Sequence record: MK599315.1
Reading direction: 5' to 3' (one strand)
Length of the DNA stretch: 64,000 bases
The notes beneath the pieces are model-generated. The model saw only the letters and a list, made by a program, of their open reading frames with translations, made no database searches and was not told the DNA's origin. A program made the translations under genes and the position numbers. Position 1 is the stretch's first letter; the number at the start of each line of letters is the position of its first letter. Positions 43,676 to 53,177 of the stretch are shown here, piece after piece.

Positions 43676-44071
43676 ATGAGTACTCGATTAAACTCCGTGT
43701 TTGTTGATCTTGAATACTATTTCCGTGGAACCTATTCTGAGCGCTTTAAATCACTTCGTAAGAATGGTATTGAAGCATTAGAATTCGCAGACGTAGATAT
43801 TGAAAGTATTATCAACGGTGATACACAAAAAGATGCAGACACACTAAAGTTTTATAAAGAAACTTGGTTAGAAAAACCAAGACATGTCTGTTTCACCATC
43901 TTCGAAAAACAAAGAAACCGTGTCTTAGTCGAGCTGCATGTTGAACTCGATAAGAAACGTATATATTGGAAGAAACCTATTACGCGTTGGAACATGCCTA
44001 ATTTTAAGCTACGTCTTAAGATAGTACAGGATACATCTAAACGTAATTGGTCGGGATCGGAGCAATTATAA
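43676..44071 (+). CDS. Hypothetical protein
   Basis: GAGGA SD. Confidence 0.7.
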   Translation: MSTRLNSVFVDLEYYFRGTYSERFKSLRKNGIEALEFADVDIESIINGDTQKDADTLKFYKETWLEKPRHVCFTIFEKQRNRVLVELHVELDKKRIYWKKPITRWNMPNFKLRLKIVQDTSKRNWSGSEQL

Positions 44072-44496
44072 TGTCGGCACAACGTGTTATTATACCAATG
44101 TACCACGGGGTAAAAGGGGACTTGAAGCAGTTCTTCTATTCACGTGATGGTAACTTAAAATTAACTGAAGTGTTTTGGCTAGTGCCAGTAGCTGTCTTCA
44201 CTCCAGATGGATTAAACGTTTTCGAATTCAAGACAATACCTACAACTGCTCGATACGAAAACAATCTTACGTTCGAGGTTTGGGATAAGCTTCGTAATAG
44301 TACGCCTAAACTTGTAGCTACTGTAAAAATCGACACCATTGCAGATACTTATGTTGTTGAAGTTTCTGAGCGATATATGAAAAACCGTTTCACGATGGAA
44401 TTCAATTTAATTATCGCAAATCGAGAACCTGATCCAGCTTTGCTGTATCGGAACAATACCCATCATGGCGACATTCACTATAAAGGTAAACTTTAA
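44071..44496 (+). CDS. Hypothetical protein
   Basis: TAATG overlap with the previous gene. Confidence 0.7.
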   Translation: MSAQRVIIPMYHGVKGDLKQFFYSRDGNLKLTEVFWLVPVAVFTPDGLNVFEFKTIPTTARYENNLTFEVWDKLRNSTPKLVATVKIDTIADTYVVEVSERYMKNRFTMEFNLIIANREPDPALLYRNNTHHGDIHYKGKL

Positions 44497-44660
44497 TGGG
44501 TGATAAGAGTGAACGTATAGCTCTACTAGAGCAGCGTTTAGACGATATGGCGATCCAGTTTGAATCTATAGTAAAAATGCTAAGTGAATCAAGACGGATC
44601 ATCGAACGCCAGCAGACAGCATTGGCTAGTTTGCAACGTAAAGTTAGTCGCAAGTCCTAG
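44496..44660 (+). CDS. Small coiled-coil protein (54 aa)
   Basis: Read manually: MGDKSERIALLEQRLDDMAIQF...; TAATG overlap. Confidence 0.55.
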   Translation: MGDKSERIALLEQRLDDMAIQFESIVKMLSESRRIIERQQTALASLQRKVSRKS

Positions 44661-44668
44661 GAGAGCAT

Positions 44669-45169
44669 ATGTCCGTAAACATTCATCAATTCTCGCACGG
44701 CCTATCGTTCTGCACTGCTGTTATTCAGTATCACAAACTCGTGACATTCATACAACAGCATACAGAATCTAATTCACTCTCCATCGAGAAAGGGTCAAGT
44801 CTATATACGCAGTTTATTGAATGGTTCAATAATAACTGCGAGTGGATTCCATCAACTGCAAAGTCGGATCCAGAACTAATTCGTTTTATGGTATCCGCCG
44901 ATGTTTCTGGTTATGATGACCCTAGATCCATTGTTTACGAAACAACAAGTCAACTCTATGGAATAAATGGTAGGGGCCTTCTGACTGAACATGCTATAAA
45001 TTCAATGGTTGAGAACGTTAAAGAATATTTCGAGAGTAACAACTCTAATGTCATATTTGGAGACGAGAATACATTCATTGAACTTATTACAGATGGGACA
45101 CCCAATGGAACTAAGATGTATTCCATTGTCTTCATCGACGTTAATGAGGCTACCCCAAAGAAAGAATAA
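44669..45169 (+). CDS. Hypothetical protein
   Basis: GGAG SD. Confidence 0.7.
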   Translation: MSVNIHQFSHGLSFCTAVIQYHKLVTFIQQHTESNSLSIEKGSSLYTQFIEWFNNNCEWIPSTAKSDPELIRFMVSADVSGYDDPRSIVYETTSQLYGINGRGLLTEHAINSMVENVKEYFESNNSNVIFGDENTFIELITDGTPNGTKMYSIVFIDVNEATPKKE

Positions 45170-45221
45170 GATACGCTGTAGTGTATTATATTCTGACCTA
45201 ACAACCAAAGGTACCAACGTG

Positions 45222-45587
45222 ATGCAATGTTTTACACACGTAATGCGGCTAATGGTTGTAGCTGGAATCTTAATGGTTCCACTGCAAGCTGAAGCTACAG
45301 AGGTGCGTGTCGATGAGGTTTATTGTGAAGCACTAGCACTAGCTGCTCATGCTACAGCAGAAGCCCGCGGCCGTTCTGAACCCATTGCAAAATGGAAACA
45401 GAACCTCCTTGCCCTAAAGGGATACGGTGTGAAGGACAAAGATAACGTTCTTTACAAAATCCTGCCCAAAGCTATTCAAGACGTCCGTGGTATATACGAC
45501 GCTAAGGATAGTCCGCAAGACGCATACATGGCATCGTTTGATTCATGCATGTCTGAAGATTACGGCAAAATGGTCGTGATTAGGTAA
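45222..45587 (+). CDS. Exported protein
   Basis: Signal-peptide-like MRLMVVAGILMVPLQAEA; two Cys. Confidence 0.6.
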   Translation: MQCFTHVMRLMVVAGILMVPLQAEATEVRVDEVYCEALALAAHATAEARGRSEPIAKWKQNLLALKGYGVKDKDNVLYKILPKAIQDVRGIYDAKDSPQDAYMASFDSCMSEDYGKMVVIR

Positions 45588-45598
45588 TGGTACATTTG

Positions 45599-45636
45599 GC
45601 CCTCCCTTCGGGGAGGGCTATATGTCGTTTTTTATT
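45599..45636 (+). terminator. Intrinsic terminator
   Basis: GCCCTCCC-TTCG-GGGAGGGC followed by a T tract. Confidence 0.75.
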
Positions 45637-45647
45637 TTACTTACGCT

Positions 45648-45672
45648 AAAAAATATCTCAGATCTACATCAT
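45648..45672 (+). promoter_or_regulatory. Early promoter variant
   Basis: AAAAAATATCTCAGATCTACATCAT after a terminator. Confidence 0.6.
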
Positions 45673-45709
45673 GTGTTTGATCCCCCTACACACCCAACGA
45701 GGAAAATCA

Positions 45710-46225
45710 ATGTCTTTTATATCTGCGGAATCTTTCACTAATTGGAAGTTCTATAAGGAACTGAGAAAACAGCATCGCGAACATTTACAACTGTGTCGAC
45801 ACCGAGCAATTTTGTTCTTTGGTGATGTAATAGGTAGACCCAGGTTGCATATTGATGGTATTTTATTCAAAGATCTATTTGTCATTCCAGATGTCTTCGT
45901 TGTAAGTGGTGGTGACGAGGATTCATTCGATCATCGACTGGAAGAACTGGACAAAGAAATATGTGTGATCATGAACAATGTCTTCGTACAGCTTGAAGCG
46001 GAAGCTATCAACGATTACTACAAAAGTTCTTCACGAGGTGTTACTATTCGTTCTAATGGAGAAACTCCAGTAAAAGACGATGTTGTTATTGGTGAAGGGA
46101 AAATTTATATCTGTGATGGCAATGGCAATCTAAACTTACTTTCGAACGAACCTGGTGTAGTCTATGCGTCGACAACTCCATGGTATCTTAAGCCATGGAA
46201 TTTCATAAAGAACATGTTCCGTTGA
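45710..46225 (+). CDS. Hypothetical protein (first gene of an early operon)
   Basis: GAGGA SD downstream of an early-promoter motif. Confidence 0.7.
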   Translation: MSFISAESFTNWKFYKELRKQHREHLQLCRHRAILFFGDVIGRPRLHIDGILFKDLFVIPDVFVVSGGDEDSFDHRLEELDKEICVIMNNVFVQLEAEAINDYYKSSSRGVTIRSNGETPVKDDVVIGEGKIYICDGNGNLNLLSNEPGVVYASTTPWYLKPWNFIKNMFR

Positions 46226-46232
46226 GGTAATC

Positions 46233-46664
46233 ATGTATCCATTCCAGAAACCCAATGAGCTGCAACCACGTCATGAACTTGATGGTGATGTTATTACCAA
46301 TCGTTGGGTTCCGGGTGTAGCACCGCGTACTTTAAAAGAACTCAAAGAAGTGCATGCTAACCTTCCCAAAGGTGATCTTAGTGCTCTCGATGAATTCAGC
46401 CGATCGGTTAGTCAATCCATCGATGCTTATCTCATTGAAGATAGCGATGAGTCTAATACAGCTGTAAAGAAAATAATCTCGGAATCCAAGACATGGAACA
46501 TTAGTGTCTATACGGGTACCCAGATCCATCACATAATCACGGCCAATCCCAAAATGGCAAATGGTCCTGAAGATGTAGGTTACTTCAAGAAATACCGTGA
46601 TCACATGTCTTCTCTCAATAAAGAAAAGAAACTGATCACTTCTATCACTGAACGATTCCTTTAA
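46233..46664 (+). CDS. Hypothetical protein
   Basis: GAGG SD. Confidence 0.7.
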   Translation: MYPFQKPNELQPRHELDGDVITNRWVPGVAPRTLKELKEVHANLPKGDLSALDEFSRSVSQSIDAYLIEDSDESNTAVKKIISESKTWNISVYTGTQIHHIITANPKMANGPEDVGYFKKYRDHMSSLNKEKKLITSITERFL

Positions 46665-46678
46665 TCTGGAGACTCAAA

Positions 46679-47476
46679 ATGATCAAACTCACTTCCGCAC
46701 TGAATCAAAAACTGGTTGAAGCATACTACAACTGGAATGCTGATAACAACATGTACCGCTTCGACTGTGTTATCGACGTAGGTTATCTGGCAGAACCGCT
46801 TCGTAAAATCATGATGCGTTCGAAAGATTTCAATGCCGCTAATGGTACCATCGTTCTCAATCTGTCGGTAAATGCGTGCCGTCACATCGATTATTCGGGT
46901 GATTGCTTCTATGGTGAGATTGCTTTCTCGGGTATGCCTACCCGTCTGCATCTGCCGTGGCATTCTTTCATTGGTGTTAATGTACAGATCTCCGAGAATG
47001 CAAGTGTATTCTCTCCGTTCCCTAATGTCGATCGGATTTTGTTTGATGCCGATAATCCGACGTATGTTCATCCCTTCCGCGATATTGCTAATGGTGCGCC
47101 TGGTACCGTCAGCATTGATATCGTAGATGTAATGGCATGGCTGGCAGAGAAGGGAATCACCGATGTTCCCGTAGAGAAAGCGCTTGAACATGTACAGCAC
47201 ATGGTTAGCAACGATGACGATTTGTTCTCTCAGTTCTTGTCCTATGTTTCCGAACGTGCAAATACTCGGAAACTAAAAGAACTGGAAGAAGCTGAAGATT
47301 TCATTGCTAATCAACCTGGTGTGGAGGTTAGTCCGATCAAGAAATCCCCCGAACTGAAGGTTGTTGATAAACCTCTTCTCGACTTTGGCGATCTTCCCGG
47401 TGCACCAGTTAATGTTGCTCCATCCCGTTATAAAGGCAAGCCGAAGCTTACCGTAATTAAAGGAGGTAAAAAGTAA
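46679..47476 (+). CDS. sspB: SspB-like ClpXP adaptor (stringent starvation protein B)
   Basis: NGTIVLNLSVNAC..IAFSGMPTRLHLPW matches the SspB core; C-terminal KPKLTVIK resembles the ClpX-binding XB tail. Confidence 0.8.
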   Translation: MIKLTSALNQKLVEAYYNWNADNNMYRFDCVIDVGYLAEPLRKIMMRSKDFNAANGTIVLNLSVNACRHIDYSGDCFYGEIAFSGMPTRLHLPWHSFIGVNVQISENASVFSPFPNVDRILFDADNPTYVHPFRDIANGAPGTVSIDIVDVMAWLAEKGITDVPVEKALEHVQHMVSNDDDLFSQFLSYVSERANTRKLKELEEAEDFIANQPGVEVSPIKKSPELKVVDKPLLDFGDLPGAPVNVAPSRYKGKPKLTVIKGGKK

Positions 47477-47724
47477 TGTCTCTTGCAGGAGCTATTCTCA
47501 TTAGCACTACTATTGTCTCTGGTATTTATGCTGGTGGTTCTTCTGAAACCACCACTAAGATGGAAAGCATTGACTCCTGTTGGAAAGCTGTAGGTGCTAT
47601 TCAAGATACAACAGCAGCGAATGGAACTAAAGTTAAAGTCGTTCGTACTCAGGCCGGTGTGGTTCTGGAATACGAATTCGATAATAAAAACATTCGTCGC
47701 GAAATGTCATGCGTTTCAATGTAA
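47476..47724 (+). CDS. Small membrane-anchored/periplasmic protein
   Basis: Hydrophobic N-terminus; two Cys. Confidence 0.6.
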   Translation: MSLAGAILISTTIVSGIYAGGSSETTTKMESIDSCWKAVGAIQDTTAANGTKVKVVRTQAGVVLEYEFDNKNIRREMSCVSM

Positions 47725-47757
47725 TATTATGTAGTTGATCGTAAAGGTCAGCGCACC

Positions 47758-47790
47758 GGGGCTCCTTCGGGAGCTCCATCTATTTTCTTT
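47758..47790 (+). terminator. Intrinsic terminator
   Basis: GGGGCTCC-TTCG-GGAGCTCC followed by a T tract. Confidence 0.7.
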
Positions 47791-47808
47791 TTGTCGTGAG
47801 GTATAGAA

Positions 47809-48564
47809 ATGACATCTCCATTCGTAATGTCCCGTATCCATAAAGAGATCGCTGATGGTCTTTCTCTTGGTACTGTAGATATCGGACGCAAACCACTGGA
47901 GTTCGTATTTTGCACCCCCAGTTATGAAGAGTTTCAAGAACTCGTAGCTATCTCTGATTTTGTCAAGCAACTTGGACATGACCTTAAAGTGTTTCATGGT
48001 ACGCTTGATGCACTCGGAGACCACGCGGACGAGTTTGACTACTACATGACCGCGGGTAACTCATACGGGCATATGACCGGTGGATATGATGGTGCCCTAG
48101 CTGCCCGTTTTGTTAACATGCAGAAAAATGTGGTTCACGATATCAATCGTTTCCACAATGGTGAGTTAAACGTAGGTTCCTGTGCTTGCGTTCAATTCAC
48201 CAAACTTAATGGTATCACTGCAACACTCCTGTACACCCCTACGATGCGTGTTCCTCGCAGGCTACCCAAAGGTTCGGATGTTCCGTATCTAGCCTCTAAG
48301 GCAGCCCTAGATGGCATTGCTGGGTGTGAATGGTACGGTAAACAAAAGAAAGATTCTTTCCGTGTCCTCGGTTGCCTGATGGGAACCGGCACTGGTGTTA
48401 TTCCAGCCCGAGTAGCTGTAACCCAATTTGCAATTGCGTTGTACAACTATACTTACCCGTCCAATGTAGAGAAGCTGTTTAAGGACGGTCAACGTACTGA
48501 CAACGCTATTCGTGAAACCTGGAAAGAAGAGGGCGGGTTCTGGAAACTTCGTCTTGAGGAATAA
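47809..48564 (+). CDS. Macrodomain protein (ADP-ribose binding/hydrolase)
   Basis: TAGNSYGHMTGGYDGAL, YTPTMRVP and LMGTGTG macrodomain loops. Confidence 0.85.
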   Translation: MTSPFVMSRIHKEIADGLSLGTVDIGRKPLEFVFCTPSYEEFQELVAISDFVKQLGHDLKVFHGTLDALGDHADEFDYYMTAGNSYGHMTGGYDGALAARFVNMQKNVVHDINRFHNGELNVGSCACVQFTKLNGITATLLYTPTMRVPRRLPKGSDVPYLASKAALDGIAGCEWYGKQKKDSFRVLGCLMGTGTGVIPARVAVTQFAIALYNYTYPSNVEKLFKDGQRTDNAIRETWKEEGGFWKLRLEE

Positions 48565-48566
48565 AC

Positions 48567-48791
48567 ATGGCATCCTTAATTAGCTATACCCCTGTTGAAC
48601 GCAAACGAGAATTCGATCTGAAGTACAAACACAATAATAACATCCACTTCGTTATCGACAACAGTCACACTGGTAATATGCCGGTCGTGGAATCAGTTGC
48701 AGATGGGTTTAAAGTCATCTGTACGGATTATCAGAATTTCAATATGCACCGCCGTGACGAAAGTCCATATTGGGATCATTCTACGAAGTAG
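48567..48791 (+). CDS. Small hypothetical protein
   Basis: GAGGA SD. Confidence 0.6.
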   Translation: MASLISYTPVERKREFDLKYKHNNNIHFVIDNSHTGNMPVVESVADGFKVICTDYQNFNMHRRDESPYWDHSTK

Positions 48792-48828
48792 CTGGTATCC
48801 CGAAATCCTACGACCCTGAGGAAAAGAA

Positions 48829-49137
48829 ATGATTAGTTACGTTGCTGAAAGCACCACTGAAGATTCGCTGGTTAAATACAAAGTCGACTTCGGTACTATT
48901 CCAACTCCCCGTAAACTGATTGCCATTAAGCAAAATGATGAAGTTTTCGAACTGGGTGAAATCAACACTGATGATAACACTTATCAGTATTACGATAAAC
49001 GTAATAACCTAGTCGTAGCTGTTGTCAAATATGACGAATTCAACAACAGTATTCGTCTTCTTACCGAACGTAAACACACTGAGAATTATGAATTCATATT
49101 CGGTTCTCACTCGGTGAAATTCAAAGGTGAAAAATGA
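48829..49137 (+). CDS. Hypothetical protein
   Basis: GAGGA SD. Confidence 0.7.
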   Translation: MISYVAESTTEDSLVKYKVDFGTIPTPRKLIAIKQNDEVFELGEINTDDNTYQYYDKRNNLVVAVVKYDEFNNSIRLLTERKHTENYEFIFGSHSVKFKGEK

Positions 49138-49538
49138 ACAATCAAACTGTAAACGCTTTACCTATTCCAACTACTAATGAAGTCAAATTTTTGTTGACTC
49201 CGTTCAACAATTATAAACTGACTGTACCGCCGTCTCGTGGTCACTACTTCATCGGGTTGACTGAAGTCACTGCTTACATTAACCCAGGTAACATGGGTAT
49301 CATCGTACCCAGTTGCGATCACCTGATGGGTATCTCTCGCACTAGCAATAGTTCAGGCGATTACACTGAAGTTCAATACATGGCAACTGATGAACTTGTT
49401 CCGAACGGTGCTCGCGTGTGGGTTGATGGCGGTAGTATCCATTATGAATCTGATGGTGATGACGCCCGTGCCGAATCTGGTATCATTCTCCAAGTAACTG
49501 CAAAGTTCCTAAAGGTAGTTGAAGATGACAATCTCTGA
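49134..49538 (+). CDS. Hypothetical beta-rich protein
   Basis: ATGA overlap with the previous gene. Confidence 0.65.
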   Translation: MNNQTVNALPIPTTNEVKFLLTPFNNYKLTVPPSRGHYFIGLTEVTAYINPGNMGIIVPSCDHLMGISRTSNSSGDYTEVQYMATDELVPNGARVWVDGGSIHYESDGDDARAESGIILQVTAKFLKVVEDDNL

Positions 49539-49863
49539 AATCGTAAGTCGTAATCTACTGCAATCCACTGGTGCTTGGGCAGTCGTCCATAACCGTGCTA
49601 CCATGGACTTCATTGCTATCGGTCATGACCGTAAGGTTATTAAAGGTATCAGTCTGGGTTATCCGGTGAATGTTGGTGATGTCGATTTCAGTCATGTCGT
49701 GGATGTCCCCATGACCTTCGAAATCAGTTATCAAAATGATCCACATCTGGGTCATCCTACTGGTAATATGGAAGCTCTTCTGAAAGCTATTGAAGAAACT
49801 ACCCATAAAACTCTAGGTCTTCCTAGCAAGTTGACCGTAGCTTCTAACGATGGAGGTGTTTAA
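49525..49863 (+). CDS. Hypothetical protein
   Basis: AAGG SD; stop overlaps the thyA start. Confidence 0.65.
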   Translation: MTISEIVSRNLLQSTGAWAVVHNRATMDFIAIGHDRKVIKGISLGYPVNVGDVDFSHVVDVPMTFEISYQNDPHLGHPTGNMEALLKAIEETTHKTLGLPSKLTVASNDGGV

Positions 49864-51293
49864 TGCATCAGTATCTACAACTACTTGAAGATACCCAGAA
49901 GTACGGTGTATTTAAAGGTGACCGTACTGGTACGGGTACTACCTCTTTGTTCGGTAGACAGTTCCGCTATGATCTTCGTAACGGTAACCTCCCTGTAGTG
50001 ACCACCAAGAAGATTCATCTTCCGTCGGTTGAAGAAGAACTCAACTGGATGAAGTCTGGTGACACTCGCCTTGAGTATCTCCTGAGCAAGAACGTCACCA
50101 TCTGGAACGAGTGGGTTAAGCCGGGTACTGAAGTATTCGAAAAGGTTTCTGATGATTGGCTGACTACAGCTGTTCAGAAGAAGTTCAAGAACATTCCGTT
50201 TGAGATGCATTTCAGCAATGAGATCGGTGATGTCGATTGGAAGTGGATTGATCCTGAACAGGACAAATCGGCACTACTGTTGATCAACCTGAAAGCCTGG
50301 GCTGATGTAAGTCGTTTCGGTCCTGGTCCCGATGCATTCGACTACTATGGCATGGCTCTACGCGTATATCGTATTGTCATTGGCGATGCGAAGATCGTGA
50401 TTAAAGACAACGATGGTCTGTTGGCTGCCTTCCGTTTGGTTGGTGGTGATCTTGGTCCGGTCTATGGTAAAACCTGGCGTGATATCGACGATGTTCGTAT
50501 AGTTCCTAAAGTAGACTGGGCTAATTACGAGAAACGCGGCTTTAAGTTCGTAGTTGACGTACCTGGTGTTGATTACACGAAAGATGAGTGTGTTATTCGC
50601 CGGCGTGTGGATCAGGTTCAAGAACTGCTTTACCAACTGGAAAACAATCCAGATAGTCGTCGACTGATTATCTGTGCCTGGGATCCACGTTTGGTCGAAG
50701 ATCAGGCACTCCCGCCATGCCATGCATTTATTCAGTTCTGGACCCGTGAACTTACCGTAGATGAACGAGTGCAAGCTCTAGACCAAACGCATTTCGAAGC
50801 TGATGCTTACCATGATCAGATTAGTGGTGAGACTACTCGTGGTCAACCTCCATTCGGTGGTGCTGAGCAGGTTAAAGCACTTCTGCGTATCTGTCGTGGT
50901 TATGAAAAGGCTACCGATGAAGCAGTGGTAGAATGGTTGGATCAACATGGTGCTCCGAAACGAGCTATCAGTTGTCAACTCTATCAAAGATCGGCGGACG
51001 AATTTTTGGGCGTGCCCTTTAACATCATGTTCTATTCGCTGATGACTCATCAGTTGGCGAACCAGTTTAACATGGTAGCAGAAGAGTTCATCTGGACTGG
51101 TGGTGACTGTCACATCTACAGTAACCATGAGGAACAGGTTACTCTGCAACGTTCGCGGAATACTTATCCTACTCCTACCATCCGCTTCAAGCCTGAGGCC
51201 AAAGGTAAACCTTTCCTTGATATCACTCGGGAAGATTACGAGATTCTGGATTATCAGTTCCATCCGCACATTGCTGGTAAAGTTGCTGTTTAA
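49863..51293 (+). CDS. thyA: Thymidylate synthase with large insertions
   Basis: DRTGTGT, LPVVTTKK, PDSRRLII, ALPPCH, QLYQRSADEFLGVPFNI and GDCHIY motifs. Confidence 0.96.
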   Translation: MHQYLQLLEDTQKYGVFKGDRTGTGTTSLFGRQFRYDLRNGNLPVVTTKKIHLPSVEEELNWMKSGDTRLEYLLSKNVTIWNEWVKPGTEVFEKVSDDWLTTAVQKKFKNIPFEMHFSNEIGDVDWKWIDPEQDKSALLLINLKAWADVSRFGPGPDAFDYYGMALRVYRIVIGDAKIVIKDNDGLLAAFRLVGGDLGPVYGKTWRDIDDVRIVPKVDWANYEKRGFKFVVDVPGVDYTKDECVIRRRVDQVQELLYQLENNPDSRRLIICAWDPRLVEDQALPPCHAFIQFWTRELTVDERVQALDQTHFEADAYHDQISGETTRGQPPFGGAEQVKALLRICRGYEKATDEAVVEWLDQHGAPKRAISCQLYQRSADEFLGVPFNIMFYSLMTHQLANQFNMVAEEFIWTGGDCHIYSNHEEQVTLQRSRNTYPTPTIRFKPEAKGKPFLDITREDYEILDYQFHPHIAGKVAV

Positions 51294-51300
51294 CATAAAC

Positions 51301-51325
51301 GCCTCCCTTCGGGGAGGCTTTATTT
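51301..51325 (+). terminator. Intrinsic terminator
   Basis: GCCTCCC-TTCG-GGGAGGC-TTTATTT. Confidence 0.8.
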
Positions 51326-51340
51326 CCTTTGGAGAAAATA

Positions 51341-51949
51341 ATGGACTTCATGCTGTTTGAAAAAGGTATTCCGTACCGCATCCATCAGTTCAAGCAACCT
51401 AATCCAGGAAAGAGCAATCTTTTCGTATGGACTCCTAAAGTAAAGGGAACTCCGTACGTCTACAAATGCTGTAAGCTTGTGGAATCCATTTACAGTATCA
51501 TCTTCAATATCGGTTGCACTGAGAATGATGGTGGTGCGCGTTACACCGAGAAAATGAAGAAGATCGATAAGGTCTGTAAGATCCTCGATATTCTGTTCGA
51601 GCAAGACCTACCCGATTACGGTAACCTTCTTCGTACGTTCTTCTCCATATCGGCTGTACAAGATATCTATCTGGTCACTGATCGTGGTGTTCGTCCGTGG
51701 AGCTCGATGATCCATTCCGAAGTGGGAGCCAAAGGTACCGTTGTTTTCTCCACAAAAGAAAACGCTGACATCATTACTTGCTTCAACAACATGGTTCACT
51801 TCGCTACTAAAGATGGCGAGATGTCTTATCAGGAAGCTTTGGATAAAACCTTAGCCACTTGTATCTTTGGTGAATACTACTACGCACAGACACCTACATG
51901 GTGGACCGACTCTGCACGTCAATACAACACGAAGGAATTTACACTGTGA
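51341..51949 (+). CDS. Hypothetical protein (paralogue of 38687..39241)
   Basis: GGAG SD; IYLVTDRG..STKENADIIT. Confidence 0.7.
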   Translation: MDFMLFEKGIPYRIHQFKQPNPGKSNLFVWTPKVKGTPYVYKCCKLVESIYSIIFNIGCTENDGGARYTEKMKKIDKVCKILDILFEQDLPDYGNLLRTFFSISAVQDIYLVTDRGVRPWSSMIHSEVGAKGTVVFSTKENADIITCFNNMVHFATKDGEMSYQEALDKTLATCIFGEYYYAQTPTWWTDSARQYNTKEFTL

Positions 51950-52353
51950 ACAAGATTGAACTCAAGCGTCAACTGGAACTGGTTGTTGAATTGATGGGCG
52001 TAGACCCTGACCCTCTTAAGATCGGTATTGCTGGTGATCGAGTTGATCCTGCTGTTCGCTGTGGTATCTTCAATGGGAAAGACCCAGGTAGCGAATTCAG
52101 TATCGGTCTTGGGGTCATCAGTCGTAAGCAATGGCTTGAGCTTACTGACGATGCACTCGTCCTCAACAAGCCTGACAAAGATCCTGTAGTCATCCCTTAT
52201 GACGCCATTTACGAATTGAACATTCCTCTGACGTATGGCGATCAAGTGGTTAAGGAAGGTTGGATGTATTACAACCTACTGGGAAATTCGATGTTCATGT
52301 ATTTGGACACGGGTAAAGAAGAGAAACTCAAACTTGAAAAGGTAGGTGAATGA
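51946..52353 (+). CDS. Hypothetical protein
   Basis: GTG start with AAGGA SD. Confidence 0.65.
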   Translation: MNKIELKRQLELVVELMGVDPDPLKIGIAGDRVDPAVRCGIFNGKDPGSEFSIGLGVISRKQWLELTDDALVLNKPDKDPVVIPYDAIYELNIPLTYGDQVVKEGWMYYNLLGNSMFMYLDTGKEEKLKLEKVGE

Positions 52354-53177
52354 TGGATCCACGTCACCCTGTTAGTGATGAGATGCGTGCAGTTATAGAC
52401 GCCGAGTTAACTCGTATCGAACAGAAGTATGGTGTAAAGATCATTTACGCCTGTGAGTCCGGTAGTCGTGGTTGGGGTTTCGCTTCTACTAATAGTGACT
52501 ACGATGTTCGCTTCATCTACGTTAACCATCCGAGTCATTATGTCCGGGTTGATAACGAAGGTCGTGACACCATCGAAGAGATGGTTTCCAAGGAACTCGA
52601 TCTGGCTGGTTGGAGTATCACCAAGACACTTCAACTGGCTTACAAGTCTAACCCGACTCTGTTGGAGTGGTTGAACTCCCCGATCGTTTACCGTAAGAAC
52701 GAATGGGATTACAAACTGATTCGTGATTACGCTATCAAGCACTTCATTCCCGAATCGAGCTTCATGCACTATATCTCCATGGCCAAGCAAACCAAGATGC
52801 GTTGGCTGTCGGATGAGAAAGTCCGCATGAAGAAATACTTCTATGCTCTCCGTCCACTGTTAGCAGCATTGTGGGTTGAGACTAGTCGTGAACATCCACC
52901 GATGGTATTCCATGAACTCCTACCGATTCTGTCTGATCCCACCTTGTACAAACGTATTCAGGAACTGGTCAACTGTAAGGTAGGTTCCACTGAACAAGAC
53001 TTGATCGATCGTTGCCCTGTATTGGACCGTTTCATCGATTTCCATTTGGCTAAAGAGAAACCCGACTTCGGTAAATACGAACGTCCGGATATCTTTAAGC
53101 TGAGTGAACTCGCGTGGCACTTCGTTGATCAATACAAGTTCGACACGTTCCAGCTTATCCATGAGAATCCTAAATGA
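52350..53177 (+). CDS. Pol-beta superfamily nucleotidyltransferase (RlaP/YcgL-like)
   Basis: CESGSRGWGFASTNSDYDVRFIY, KSNPTLLEWL and KKYFYALRPLL motifs. Confidence 0.88.
   Translation: MMDPRHPVSDEMRAVIDAELTRIEQKYGVKIIYACESGSRGWGFASTNSDYDVRFIYVNHPSHYVRVDNEGRDTIEEMVSKELDLAGWSITKTLQLAYKSNPTLLEWLNSPIVYRKNEWDYKLIRDYAIKHFIPESSFMHYISMAKQTKMRWLSDEKVRMKKYFYALRPLLAALWVETSREHPPMVFHELLPILSDPTLYKRIQELVNCKVGSTEQDLIDRCPVLDRFIDFHLAKEKPDFGKYERPDIFKLSELAWHFVDQYKFDTFQLIHENPK

Noticed and set aside
49134-49538. dUTPase
   Set aside because: Only a vague beta-rich resemblance near thyA; the conserved RSG/G.ID.DY motifs are absent.
50100-50960. Large insertions in ThyA as an intein or intron
   Set aside because: They are in frame, with no intein N-terminal block, no His-Asn terminus and no endonuclease motif.
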